Positions 1-9,179 of a DNA stretch of 36,414 bases are shown here, in pieces. The notes under the pieces were generated by a model. It was not told where the DNA came from, ran no database searches, and saw only the letters and a list, made by a program, of their open reading frames with translations. How positions within the stretch are numbered: the stretch's first letter is position 1; each line of letters begins with the position of its first letter. Both the position numbers and the translations under genes were made by a program. The DNA lies in the sequence record SRR22947725_396, one strand, 5' to 3'.

Positions 1-2
1 GC

Positions 3-965
3 ATCTATTACATTTATACTTTTTGTTCTACCTTTTTGTCTTGTTCCAATATTTACTACTGGGATTTTGTATGTTGCAGCCTCATGAATTCCAGAACTTG
101 AATTTCCAATAAGCCCTCTTGAATTTTTTAAAAGAGTTTTGTACTCCCTTAAAGATAGAGTTTGACAATGATTAAATTTATATTTTTTTATCAAATTAAT
201 GATTTTAAGTGACCCAGCATCATTATTTGGGAAAACAAATAATTTTTGTATTTTAATTTTATTTAAAGCTTCAATAGTTTCAATAAATTGTTTTTGTACA
301 TTTTTTAATTCTGAAGTTACCGGGTGTTGAATAATTAAGATATAATCTTGAAAAAGATCAATTTTAAATTTTTTTTTAATTAGATTATGATCTTCCTCTT
401 TTTCTTGTTTTAACGCATCTATTGATGGGCACCCCACTACAAATATATTTTCTTTTAACTCTCCCATCCTAATTAATCTTTTTTTAGTTTCCTCAGTTGC
501 TGTAAAATGAAAATTAGAAAATTTTGACATAGCATGCCTTAACGATTCATCAATAGTTCCAGACACCTCTCCTCCTTGGATGTGAGCAACTGGAATATTC
601 ATATGAGCACCACAAACTGCTATCGCAAAATTTGCAGCAATATCAAAGCCTGATAAAATCAAATTTGGTCTAGATTTTGCAATAATTTTAGGCAAATTTA
701 AAAATGCTTTGCCTAGTGCCTCAGACATTGATGATCCATCATTTTTTATATAATAATTTTTGTCGAACATTTTAAATTCATCAAAAATATTAAAATTTTC
801 TTCCAAAATTTCTTTTTTTGTATATCCAAAATTTCGATTAAGATGAATTCCAGTGACAATTAAATCATAACTTAAAAGTCTTGATTTTTGAATTAATTTT
901 ATAATTGGTTTAAATCTGCTAAAATCTGCTCTTCTTTCAGTAACTATAAGAATTTTTTTTTTCAT
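3..965 (-). CDS. neuC: UDP-N-acetylglucosamine 2-epimerase (hydrolysing), NeuC family; 3' end runs off the window
   Basis: Not in the ORF track. Manual translation from the ATG at 965 gives MKKKILIVTERRADFSRFKP...VTGIHL...AHIQGGEVSGTIDESLRHAMSK...GNSSSGIHEA...VNIGTRQ. It lies directly downstream of neuB. Confidence 0.93.
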   Translation of the reverse strand, partial: MKKKILIVTERRADFSRFKPIIKLIQKSRLLSYDLIVTGIHLNRNFGYTKKEILEENFNIFDEFKMFDKNYYIKNDGSSMSEALGKAFLNLPKIIAKSRPNLILSGFDIAANFAIAVCGAHMNIPVAHIQGGEVSGTIDESLRHAMSKFSNFHFTATEETKKRLIRMGELKENIFVVGCPSIDALKQEKEEDHNLIKKKFKIDLFQDYILIIQHPVTSELKNVQKQFIETIEALNKIKIQKLFVFPNNDAGSLKIINLIKKYKFNHCQTLSLREYKTLLKNSRGLIGNSSSGIHEAATYKIPVVNIGTRQKGRTKSINVID

Positions 966-973
966 AAACAATT

Positions 974-2023
974 TTAGTGAATATCTTTTTTCTTAATCAA
1001 AGTATTGCATTTTATAAAGTTTTTTGCTTTTTTACCTAAAATTTTATAGTACGATTTTGCATCAAAATCTCCAATGCCAGGTCTTTTTGGAAAAATATTT
1101 TTTTTTGTAATTCTATCTCCTTTTTTGATATCTTTTGTTGAAACTAGTGATGCGAATGCAAAATTTATTGTCGATTTTTCCTCTTTTACTGGACCTTTGT
1201 AGTTTCCTTTAGCTAAATGTATCTCATTTGTAGCAGCTAACAAAGACCTCAATTCATTACCATCCATTGAAGCAGAAATATCTGGACCAGCTCTGCTTTT
1301 TTTATCTACAAAATGTTTTTCAACAATAGATGCTCCTAAAGCAATAGCTCCTACACATGGATAAATTGTTCTAGAATGATCTGATAATCCTAATATTGCA
1401 TTTGGAAAAGACTCTTTTAATTTTAAAATTGCCTGTAATCTAATTAATTTTGTTGGAGTTGGATAAATGTTAGTACAATGCATTAAAGCGAATGGGATTT
1501 TATATTTTTCAAAAATTTTTACTGATGGTTTAATACTTTTTATTGTATTCATTCCGGTACTTAAAATTACTGGTTTTTTAAAGCTAGCAATATATTCAAT
1601 TAAAGGATAATTGTTGCATTCTCCAGAACCTATTTTAAATGCTGGGACATTAAATTTAACAAGTCTATCAACTGCTGCTCTAGAAAATGGTGTGCTTATA
1701 AATATCATCTTCTTACTTTTAACATATTTCATTAATTTAAATTCATCATGCTCAGAAAGTGATGATTTTTTAATAATATCAAAAATGTTTTCTTTTGTGT
1801 GTGAAGGTATAATTTTTTTGGCCTCAACTGACATCTCGTCATCGACAATATGTGTTTGATGTTTAATAATTTCAGCGCCAAATTTATGCGCTTGATCAAC
1901 AAGTTTTATTGCATTTTTTAAATTACCACCATGATTAATACCCAGTTCAACAATTATAAGTGGTTTATGATTTGGTCCTATCTTTCTTTTATCTATTTTC
2001 ATTAATAATTTATTTTTTTTCAT
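974..2023 (-). CDS. neuB: N-acetylneuraminate synthase (SiaC/NeuB1-like) with C-terminal SAF/antifreeze-like domain
   Basis: Motifs ELGINHGG, KHQTH, STPFS, KIGSGE, HCTNIYP, SDH, EKHF and KRPG. Adjacent to neuC. Confidence 0.96.
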   Translation of the reverse strand: MKKNKLLMKIDKRKIGPNHKPLIIVELGINHGGNLKNAIKLVDQAHKFGAEIIKHQTHIVDDEMSVEAKKIIPSHTKENIFDIIKKSSLSEHDEFKLMKYVKSKKMIFISTPFSRAAVDRLVKFNVPAFKIGSGECNNYPLIEYIASFKKPVILSTGMNTIKSIKPSVKIFEKYKIPFALMHCTNIYPTPTKLIRLQAILKLKESFPNAILGLSDHSRTIYPCVGAIALGASIVEKHFVDKKSRAGPDISASMDGNELRSLLAATNEIHLAKGNYKGPVKEEKSTINFAFASLVSTKDIKKGDRITKKNIFPKRPGIGDFDAKSYYKILGKKAKNFIKCNTLIKKKDIH

Positions 2024-3809
2024 TTTTCTTTAGATTTTCAATAAATGACAAAAGCTCGATATTTTTATTAATATCAGCAACCTTAGTATAACTATATAAT
2101 TTTTTTTGGTCAAAAATGATTAAATAATCAAATTTTTCTATTAACTCAAGTTTATGTAAAGATATGATAATCGTTTTATCTTTATAAGCTTGGAAGATAT
2201 TATTTATAATCTCTAATTCTAATTTTTTATCTAACGAACTTGTTGGCTCATCCATTAATAGAATTTCAAAATTCTTATATAAAGATCTTGCTATACAAAT
2301 TCTTTGCATTTGACCACCTGATAAACGGAAACCTTCTTCGCCAATAAATGTATTTTCTTTTTGGGGTAGCTTAAGTATAAATTCATCACAACAACTTAAT
2401 TTTATTGCATTCTTAAGACATTTAGAATTAACTTTATCTACGTCAATGCCTAGAGCTATATTTTCAATTAAAGTTCCATTAATTAATTCATTTTCTTGAG
2501 GCATATAAGATACTAAATTTTGCCATGCTCTTTTTTTATTAAATGTATCCATTCCATCACTTATAATTGTATTTTTGAAAGGCTCATATAATTGAGAAAC
2601 ATGATTTAAAAAAGTAGTTTTTCCACTGCCAGATGTGCCAATCAAAGCAATTTTAGAGCCTTTTGCAATATCTAAATTTATATTTTTTAAAATATCTTTA
2701 TTTAAAAGATTACTATTGAGATTTTTAATATTAATTTTATTATCAAATTTAATTTGACTATTTTTTTCTAAGTTATTGGCTTCAATAAAATCATCTTTGT
2801 CTATTTTTTTTGGATTACTTAAAACTTGATTAACAGTCTTAACTGATCCATATCTAAATTGAAGCTTATTGGCTTCACTCAAAACTGTATTAAACAATGG
2901 TAGCATTCGAATTACTGCAACAGATACTACAGATAAATAGGCAAATAATTCATCTGTATTACTACCTGACTCTAAATTTAAATAAATTAGCAGACACAAT
3001 AAAAGTACTGCAAATGTCTCAAAAAATAGTTTAGTGGACGAAAAAACAATGTTAGAAAAAAAATCAATTCTTTCAGTACTTTTTAAATTTTTAGAAAATA
3101 AATTAAAAAAGTAATATTCTAAATTGTTTAATGTAATATCTTTTATAAGAGTAAAAATATCAGTAATATTTTTTAAATAAAGACCTCTGCCTTTTACAGA
3201 CTGCTCTCCATAATATTTTAATTTTTTTTTCAAAATATAAAATAAAATAACACTTAATAATGCAAATGTTGCAAATACCAACAAAAACTCTAAGTTAGAA
3301 ATATAAAATACAAAAACTAAAAAAATTAATATCATTATCGAGTCATTTGCAATTTTGATTAAACTTGTAAGAGCTGCTGAAAAATGAACAACTTCTATTG
3401 AAATGTTACGAATTATTAAAGATAAATTGTTCTTAATTATATCAAGATAACTTAATGTTAAATAGTGGTTTAGTATATCCAAACGAAATTTTACATTTAT
3501 TTTATAATTAAAGTTTTGCTCATAAATATTAATAATAAAAAAAAATAAATTTTTAAGTAAAAAAACTAAAACTACTATTACTAATACATCTGTTAAATTT
3601 AAACTGATAACAATTTCAGAAAAAAAATCTAAATTATTTTGATCGAAAAAATTAACTATTTTATTTGGATTAAGTAAATATAAAATTAAAAATGGTATAG
3701 AGCTAATACTAACAAGTTCTGCTAATCCTTTAACAAACATAAACAAGACCAAAAATAGAAGATGAATTTTTAGTCTGAATGTCAACAAATTTATAATTTG
3801 CTTAATCAT
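2010..3809 (-). CDS. ABC transporter with fused permease and ATPase (MsbA/PglK-like), putative glycan flippase
   Basis: Hydrophobic N-terminal half; Walker A GTSGSGKT, Q-loop YMPQ, signature LSGGQ, Walker B ILLMDE, H-loop SLH. Confidence 0.9.
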   Translation of the reverse strand: MIKQIINLLTFRLKIHLLFLVLFMFVKGLAELVSISSIPFLILYLLNPNKIVNFFDQNNLDFFSEIVISLNLTDVLVIVVLVFLLKNLFFFIINIYEQNFNYKINVKFRLDILNHYLTLSYLDIIKNNLSLIIRNISIEVVHFSAALTSLIKIANDSIMILIFLVFVFYISNLEFLLVFATFALLSVILFYILKKKLKYYGEQSVKGRGLYLKNITDIFTLIKDITLNNLEYYFFNLFSKNLKSTERIDFFSNIVFSSTKLFFETFAVLLLCLLIYLNLESGSNTDELFAYLSVVSVAVIRMLPLFNTVLSEANKLQFRYGSVKTVNQVLSNPKKIDKDDFIEANNLEKNSQIKFDNKINIKNLNSNLLNKDILKNINLDIAKGSKIALIGTSGSGKTTFLNHVSQLYEPFKNTIISDGMDTFNKKRAWQNLVSYMPQENELINGTLIENIALGIDVDKVNSKCLKNAIKLSCCDEFILKLPQKENTFIGEEGFRLSGGQMQRICIARSLYKNFEILLMDEPTSSLDKKLELEIINNIFQAYKDKTIIISLHKLELIEKFDYLIIFDQKKLYSYTKVADINKNIELLSFIENLKKNEKK

Positions 3810-3835
3810 ATTATTTTTTTGGTAATCCAGTTAAA

Positions 3836-3858
3836 AATTGTATAAACTTTATAAAATT
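3836..3858. promoter_or_regulatory. Imperfect 23-bp palindrome in the divergent promoter region
   Basis: AATTGTATAAA-C-TTTATAAAATT has 11-bp arms with one mismatch and a TATAAA hexamer on each strand. It sits in the 64-bp gap between divergent starts at 3809 and 3874. Confidence 0.35.
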
Positions 3859-3873
3859 ATAGTCAAAAAAAAT

Positions 3874-4737
3874 ATGAATAATGTAGTTGTTATTGGTGGA
3901 TCGGGTTTTCTTGGAACAGAAGTTGCTAAAGAATTACTTGATAGAGGCCATAAAGTAAGAATATTTGATAAAAATGAACCTAAAATTTTTCACAAAAATT
4001 TAAAATTTATTAAAGGCAATATTTTAGATAATAAAAAACTTGAAAGTTCTATAAAAAATAGTTCTCATGTTTATAACTTTGCTGGTATAGCGGATTTAGA
4101 TTATGGGATTTCACAACCAATTAAAAGTATAGAGCAAAATATTTTAGCAACAGTAAATATGTTAAACTTTTGTAAAAAATACAAAGTCAAAAGATATATA
4201 TATGCCTCAACAATTTATGTTTACAGTGATAAAGGTGGTTTTTACAGATGTAGCAAACAAGCTGCAGAAAATTACATAGAAGAATTTTTTAAAAAGTTTA
4301 AACTTAATTACACAATTTTAAGATATGGTTCCTTATATGGTCCAGGGGCTGGAAATAACAATGGATTATCAAGAATTATTTCAAATTCAATTAAGAAGAA
4401 AAAAATAATTTATGAAGGTGGGCCAAACACTATACGGGAGTATATACATGTTTATGATGCAGCAAAATCAAGTGTAGATGTGTTAAATAAAAAATTTGCT
4501 AATAAAAGTATAATTCTTAAAGGTGAATATCCAATTCATATGAAAGATCTTTTAAAAACTATTTCTGAAATTCTTGGATTTAAAAAAATATTATTTAAAA
4601 AAGTTAAAAATGAAAATCATTACGAACAGACTCCATACAGCTATATACCAAAACTTGGGATAAAATATAAGCCTGATACATATGTAGATTTTGGTCAAGG
4701 AATTTTACAGCTTATTGATTCATTAAAAAAAAACTAA
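3874..4737 (+). CDS. NAD-dependent nucleotide-sugar epimerase/dehydratase (extended SDR)
   Basis: GGSGFLG, YASTIYVY, YRCSK (YxxxK), RYGSLYGP and REYIHV. Start moved from the TTG at 3838 to the ATG at 3874, just before the Rossmann strand. Confidence 0.9.
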   Translation: MNNVVVIGGSGFLGTEVAKELLDRGHKVRIFDKNEPKIFHKNLKFIKGNILDNKKLESSIKNSSHVYNFAGIADLDYGISQPIKSIEQNILATVNMLNFCKKYKVKRYIYASTIYVYSDKGGFYRCSKQAAENYIEEFFKKFKLNYTILRYGSLYGPGAGNNNGLSRIISNSIKKKKIIYEGGPNTIREYIHVYDAAKSSVDVLNKKFANKSIILKGEYPIHMKDLLKTISEILGFKKILFKKVKNENHYEQTPYSYIPKLGIKYKPDTYVDFGQGILQLIDSLKKN

Positions 4738-4741
4738 TTTT

Positions 4742-5671
4742 ATGAAAGTTCTTATATCAAGTTATCACATGAACTTAGTTTTAAAAAAATACATAAAAGT
4801 TCTGAAACAAAACAAAATCAAAATTGATAAGATAATCAGAAATCCTTCTGTTAAAGAAAATGAGTTAATAAAGATTATACACAAATATGATGGAGTTATT
4901 TGCAGTGATGATGAATTTTCAAAAAAAGTACTTATAAAAGCTAAAAAATTAAAAGTTATTTCAAAATGGGGAACTGGAATAGACTCAATCGATTCTAGTT
5001 TTGCAAAAAAAAAAGGTATAAAAGTATTCAATACGCCAGGAGCTTTCACCAGTGGTGTTGCTCAATATGCGCTGGGAATGATATTGAACCTATCAAGAAA
5101 ACTTTTACAGAGTGATAAATCATTAAAAAAAGGATATTGGGAAAAATTTCAAGGAATAAATCTTGATAATAAGAAAATAGGTGTAATCGGCTTAGGAAAA
5201 ATAGGTTCACAAATTATAAAATATTTAAGAAGTTTCGATGTAGTAATTTTTGGAAATGATACAAATAAAACTAAAAATAGATTATTTAAACAAAGAGGCA
5301 TTAAAATTCTAAGCTTAAATAAAATTTTTAACTATTGCGATATAATCGTAGTCTGTGTTGACTTAAATAAATCGTCTCATCATTTAATTGGTTTAAAACA
5401 AATGATGCAACTTGATGAAAACAAAATATTAATTAATATTTCAAGAGGACCTGTCGTTGATAATAAATCTTTATTAAAGGCAATTAATAAAAAGAACTTT
5501 CAAATAGGATTTGACGTTTTTGAAGAAGAGCCAATAACTAAAAAAGCTCTGGGCATATTAAAGAAAAAAAATTCAATTTTATCTAGTCATAATGCATTTA
5601 ATACTCAGGAAGATGTAAATTTTGTTCACAATAATACAGTAAAAAATCTCTTAAAAGGATTGAAAAATTGA
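4742..5671 (+). CDS. D-isomer-specific 2-hydroxyacid dehydrogenase (phosphoglycerate dehydrogenase-like)
   Basis: KWGTGIDSID and GLGKIG; the catalytic R-E-H triad is in NISRG, DVFEEEP and SHNA. Confidence 0.9.
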   Translation: MKVLISSYHMNLVLKKYIKVLKQNKIKIDKIIRNPSVKENELIKIIHKYDGVICSDDEFSKKVLIKAKKLKVISKWGTGIDSIDSSFAKKKGIKVFNTPGAFTSGVAQYALGMILNLSRKLLQSDKSLKKGYWEKFQGINLDNKKIGVIGLGKIGSQIIKYLRSFDVVIFGNDTNKTKNRLFKQRGIKILSLNKIFNYCDIIVVCVDLNKSSHHLIGLKQMMQLDENKILINISRGPVVDNKSLLKAINKKNFQIGFDVFEEEPITKKALGILKKKNSILSSHNAFNTQEDVNFVHNNTVKNLLKGLKN

Positions 5672-6627
5672 AATTAAACAAAAAATTTTATCTAAATTTT
5701 TCATCGATTCCTGAACTTGCAAAAAAAGCAAGGAATAAAAAAGAAAATTATAAAAACGCAGAATTAAATAAACTAATTAAATTATCTTCATCAAAAAATT
5801 TTATTGGTGTTGAATTTCCTTACTTTAGATTTTTTGCAAATTCAAAATCAATAAATTATTTAAAAAATTATTTAGATTATAATAATCAAAGTTACATCAT
5901 AGATTGTGAAAAAAAAATTTCGAAAAAGGAATTAAAAAAATTAATTCTAATATCAAATCAAATAGGAGCTAAATTTATTAGAATAAAATGTAGTAATATT
6001 TTATCTTGTGAAAGATATAGATATAAAAAGAAATGGAGTGTAAAAATTCAATCAATTGTTAAAAAGATTAAACAAATTAAACCCTTATTAAAAAAATATA
6101 AAATTAAATTAGCTATTGAAAATCATCAAGATTTAGACTCTTGTGATTTAATTGATATTATAAATATAGTAGGAAAAAATTATGTTGGTATAAACTTTGA
6201 TGTTGGAAATGCATTTGCAACTTGTGAAATACCTATAGAATTTTTAAAAAAAACTAGAAAGTATATTATAAACATACATTTAAAAGACTATATTATACTA
6301 CCAACAAATAAAGGATATGCATTACACAAATGTCCAATAATGGATGGAGATAGCCAAATAAATAAAATTTTAAATTTAATGAAAAAATATAGATTAAAAG
6401 CTCCAGTGAGTATGGAATTAGGTGCAAAAACTCCACGTGAAATAAAAGTAAGATCAAAAAAATTTTTTCAAAATTTTATAAAAGAAAGAGATAATAAACT
6501 TAAGAATACTAATTATATAATGGAAACTGCAAATAATAATTTTAAGAATATTGATAAATTAAAAAAACTAATTTCTTTAAATGAAATAAATATGTTAAAT
6601 AAAAGTCTTAAAAATTTAAATCAATAA
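5668..6627 (+). CDS. Sugar phosphate isomerase/epimerase, xylose-isomerase-like (AP_endonuc_2) TIM barrel
   Basis: Metal-ligand pattern AIENH, NFDVGN, IHLKD, SMELG. The TTG start overlaps the upstream TGA. Confidence 0.8.
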   Translation: MKLNKKFYLNFSSIPELAKKARNKKENYKNAELNKLIKLSSSKNFIGVEFPYFRFFANSKSINYLKNYLDYNNQSYIIDCEKKISKKELKKLILISNQIGAKFIRIKCSNILSCERYRYKKKWSVKIQSIVKKIKQIKPLLKKYKIKLAIENHQDLDSCDLIDIINIVGKNYVGINFDVGNAFATCEIPIEFLKKTRKYIINIHLKDYIILPTNKGYALHKCPIMDGDSQINKILNLMKKYRLKAPVSMELGAKTPREIKVRSKKFFQNFIKERDNKLKNTNYIMETANNNFKNIDKLKKLISLNEINMLNKSLKNLNQ

Positions 6628-6631
6628 AAAT

Positions 6632-7684
6632 ATGAAGGCATTAGTTCGATACTCACATTTACCAAAGAAACTTAAGATAAAAGAAATTCCATTTCCAAAT
6701 ATTGGAAATTCAAGTGAACAAGCCATAATAGAAGTAAAATTTGCTGGTATTTGTGGCAGAGACTTGGAGCACTATAAAACAAAAATTTCAAAAAAAAAAA
6801 TACCCACAGTTTTAGGTCATGAATTTTCAGGGGTGGTTAAAAAAATAAATAAAAATAATTTTAATGTGAAAATTGGAGATAGAGTAACATGTGAAACTGT
6901 TAAAAGTGTCTGTAAAAAATGTACTTTATGTAAAAGTGGTTTCTATAATTTATGTAAAAAAAGAAAAAATATTGGCGGAAGTACATCTGGAGCCTTTGCA
7001 TCACATATAAAGGTTCCCATTGAATATATTCATAAACTGCCTAATAGTGTTTCTTTAGACGAAGCAGCTCTTATAGAGCCTTTAGCAGTGTGTTATAATG
7101 CATTAATATTGAATTCTAATATCAAAAAAAATTCGACAGTTCTAATTTTTGGTGCTGGAACAATCGGACTATTATCATTAAAATTAGCAAAGTATAAAAA
7201 AGCAAGAATATTTTTAGTGTGTACACCTGAAGATAAAATGCAAAAAGAAATTGCTAAAAAAAATAAAGTTTCAAAAATATATTTGAGTAATGTTGATTAT
7301 GTAAAAAAAATTCTCAAAGATACAAATCAACAGGGAGTGGATTTAGTTGTGGATACAGTTGGAGGTGTAGACAAAACATTTGAAGATGCAATAAGTTTAA
7401 CAAAACCTGGTGGTCAAATTACTAAAATTGGATGGTTTATGAAAAAGGATGTAAATGCAAATTTTGACAATATCGTTAGAAAAAACTTAAAAATCCAAGG
7501 TAGTTTTAGTCATAATTTTAAAATATGGGAAGAATGCATTGAACTTTTATCAAAAAAAAACATTTATATTAAAGATTTGATTTCAAAAAAATGTGAAATT
7601 TCAGATTGGAAAAGTGCATTTAATTTGCTAACAGACAGAAAAGCTGTAAAAATATTAATGTCTTCAAATGAAAAATTATCTTAA
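6632..7684 (+). CDS. Zinc-dependent alcohol/polyol dehydrogenase (MDR family)
   Basis: GICGRD, GHEFSG, structural Zn site CKKCTLC...C, IEPLA and GAGTIG. Confidence 0.93.
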   Translation: MKALVRYSHLPKKLKIKEIPFPNIGNSSEQAIIEVKFAGICGRDLEHYKTKISKKKIPTVLGHEFSGVVKKINKNNFNVKIGDRVTCETVKSVCKKCTLCKSGFYNLCKKRKNIGGSTSGAFASHIKVPIEYIHKLPNSVSLDEAALIEPLAVCYNALILNSNIKKNSTVLIFGAGTIGLLSLKLAKYKKARIFLVCTPEDKMQKEIAKKNKVSKIYLSNVDYVKKILKDTNQQGVDLVVDTVGGVDKTFEDAISLTKPGGQITKIGWFMKKDVNANFDNIVRKNLKIQGSFSHNFKIWEECIELLSKKNIYIKDLISKKCEISDWKSAFNLLTDRKAVKILMSSNEKLS

Positions 7685-8414
7685 TTTTAAAAATAAGGTT
7701 TCGGTTGTAACTGGAGCTGGTTCTGGAATTGGTAGAGAGGTTTCTATTAAACTTTCAGATTTAGGCTCAACAGTAATTTTGGTTGGTCGAAGTAAAAAAG
7801 TATTAGAGTTAGAAAAAAAGATAAGAAAAAAAAATGTTACTGGGTATTTATGTGACTTATCTAATGAAGACTCCGTAAAAGATCTTTATACAAAAATTAT
7901 CAAAAAATATAAGAAAGTTGATATATTAATAAATTCAGCGGGTGTAACAGCATCAGGAAATATTAATAATACTTCATCAAAAGATTGGCAAATGATAAAT
8001 GATAATAATGGTTTAAATACTTTTTTGTGTTGTAAATATTTTTCAAAAAGTATGAAGAAAAGTAAAAAAGGTAAAATAGTTAATGTTTCATCTATAGCTG
8101 GAAGATTTAGAGGTAGAACTTCTGGATTACATTACGCTTATGCAAAATCAGGACTACTTGGATTTACGCGACAACTTGGAGCAGAACTTGCAAAATGGAA
8201 TATCAATGTAAATTGCTTTTGCCCATCTCAAACAATGACCGATATGTTAAGGAGTTTAATTACACCAGCAATAAAAAAAGAGCTTGAAAAAACAATTCCA
8301 ATTAGAAGAATTGCTACACCACAAGAGCAAGCTGAAGTAATACTTTTTCTAGTTTCTGAAATGTCTAATTATGTTGCTGGTGCATCAATTGACTCCAATG
8401 GGGGTCAATTTTAA
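7668..8414 (+). CDS. Classical short-chain dehydrogenase/reductase (FabG-like)
   Basis: TGAGSGIG, NSAG, NVSS, YAYAK and a C-terminal DSNGG. Confidence 0.93.
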   Translation: MKNYLNFKNKVSVVTGAGSGIGREVSIKLSDLGSTVILVGRSKKVLELEKKIRKKNVTGYLCDLSNEDSVKDLYTKIIKKYKKVDILINSAGVTASGNINNTSSKDWQMINDNNGLNTFLCCKYFSKSMKKSKKGKIVNVSSIAGRFRGRTSGLHYAYAKSGLLGFTRQLGAELAKWNINVNCFCPSQTMTDMLRSLITPAIKKELEKTIPIRRIATPQEQAEVILFLVSEMSNYVAGASIDSNGGQF

Positions 8415-9164
8415 ATGAAGATTAATGCATTTATACCTGTGAGAATGAGCTCATCAAGGTTCCCTGGGAAACCTTTAACAAAACTTTTAAATTTAACAAT
8501 GTTAGAGCATGTGTGGAGACGTACTAAAATGTCAGCAGTTGACGAAACATATGTGGCTCTATGTGATAAAGAAACTATCGATATATGTAAAAAAATAGGT
8601 GCAAAATATATTGTAACCAGCAAAAAACATGAGATGTGTATGGATAGAATAGCCGAAGCAGCAAATAAGAAAAAATCTGATATTATAGTTACCGTCCAAG
8701 GAGATGAACCTTTGATAAAACCTGAAATGATAAACCTAACTATAAAAAATATTATAAATAAAAAAGATAATTTGTTTTGTACTACTTTAGCTCAAAAAAT
8801 TTCTTCAAAAAGTGAAATTAATAATACGAATAGAGTAAAAATTATTTGGAACAAAAAAAAAGAAGTAATATATATTTCTAGAGAAGCAATTCCATCAGTT
8901 TCAAAATTTAAAAATAAAATTGATTATTACAAAATGGTATGTGTCTACACTATGACGCGAAAAAATTTAAATAAATTTCAAAAATTTGGGATATCGAGAA
9001 ATGAAAAAATAGAGTCTATCGATATGTTAAGAATACTAGATAATGGACTAAAACTTGGAATAGATACTATAGATGGTGAAGTAGAGAATATAGATGTAAA
9101 ATCAGATATTCCAAAAGTGATAAAAATTTTAAAAAAAGATCAGCTAATAAAACAATATTTATAG
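8415..9164 (+). CDS. kdsB: KdsB-like (CMP-Kdo synthetase family) cytidylyltransferase, variant subfamily
   Basis: IPVRMSSSRFPGKPL, QGDEP, YISREAIP and IDVKSD. The sugar-contact motifs diverge (KMVCVY, ESIDMLR). Confidence 0.85.
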   Translation: MKINAFIPVRMSSSRFPGKPLTKLLNLTMLEHVWRRTKMSAVDETYVALCDKETIDICKKIGAKYIVTSKKHEMCMDRIAEAANKKKSDIIVTVQGDEPLIKPEMINLTIKNIINKKDNLFCTTLAQKISSKSEINNTNRVKIIWNKKKEVIYISREAIPSVSKFKNKIDYYKMVCVYTMTRKNLNKFQKFGISRNEKIESIDMLRILDNGLKLGIDTIDGEVENIDVKSDIPKVIKILKKDQLIKQYL

Positions 9165-9179
9165 ATTTTAGATTAAATA

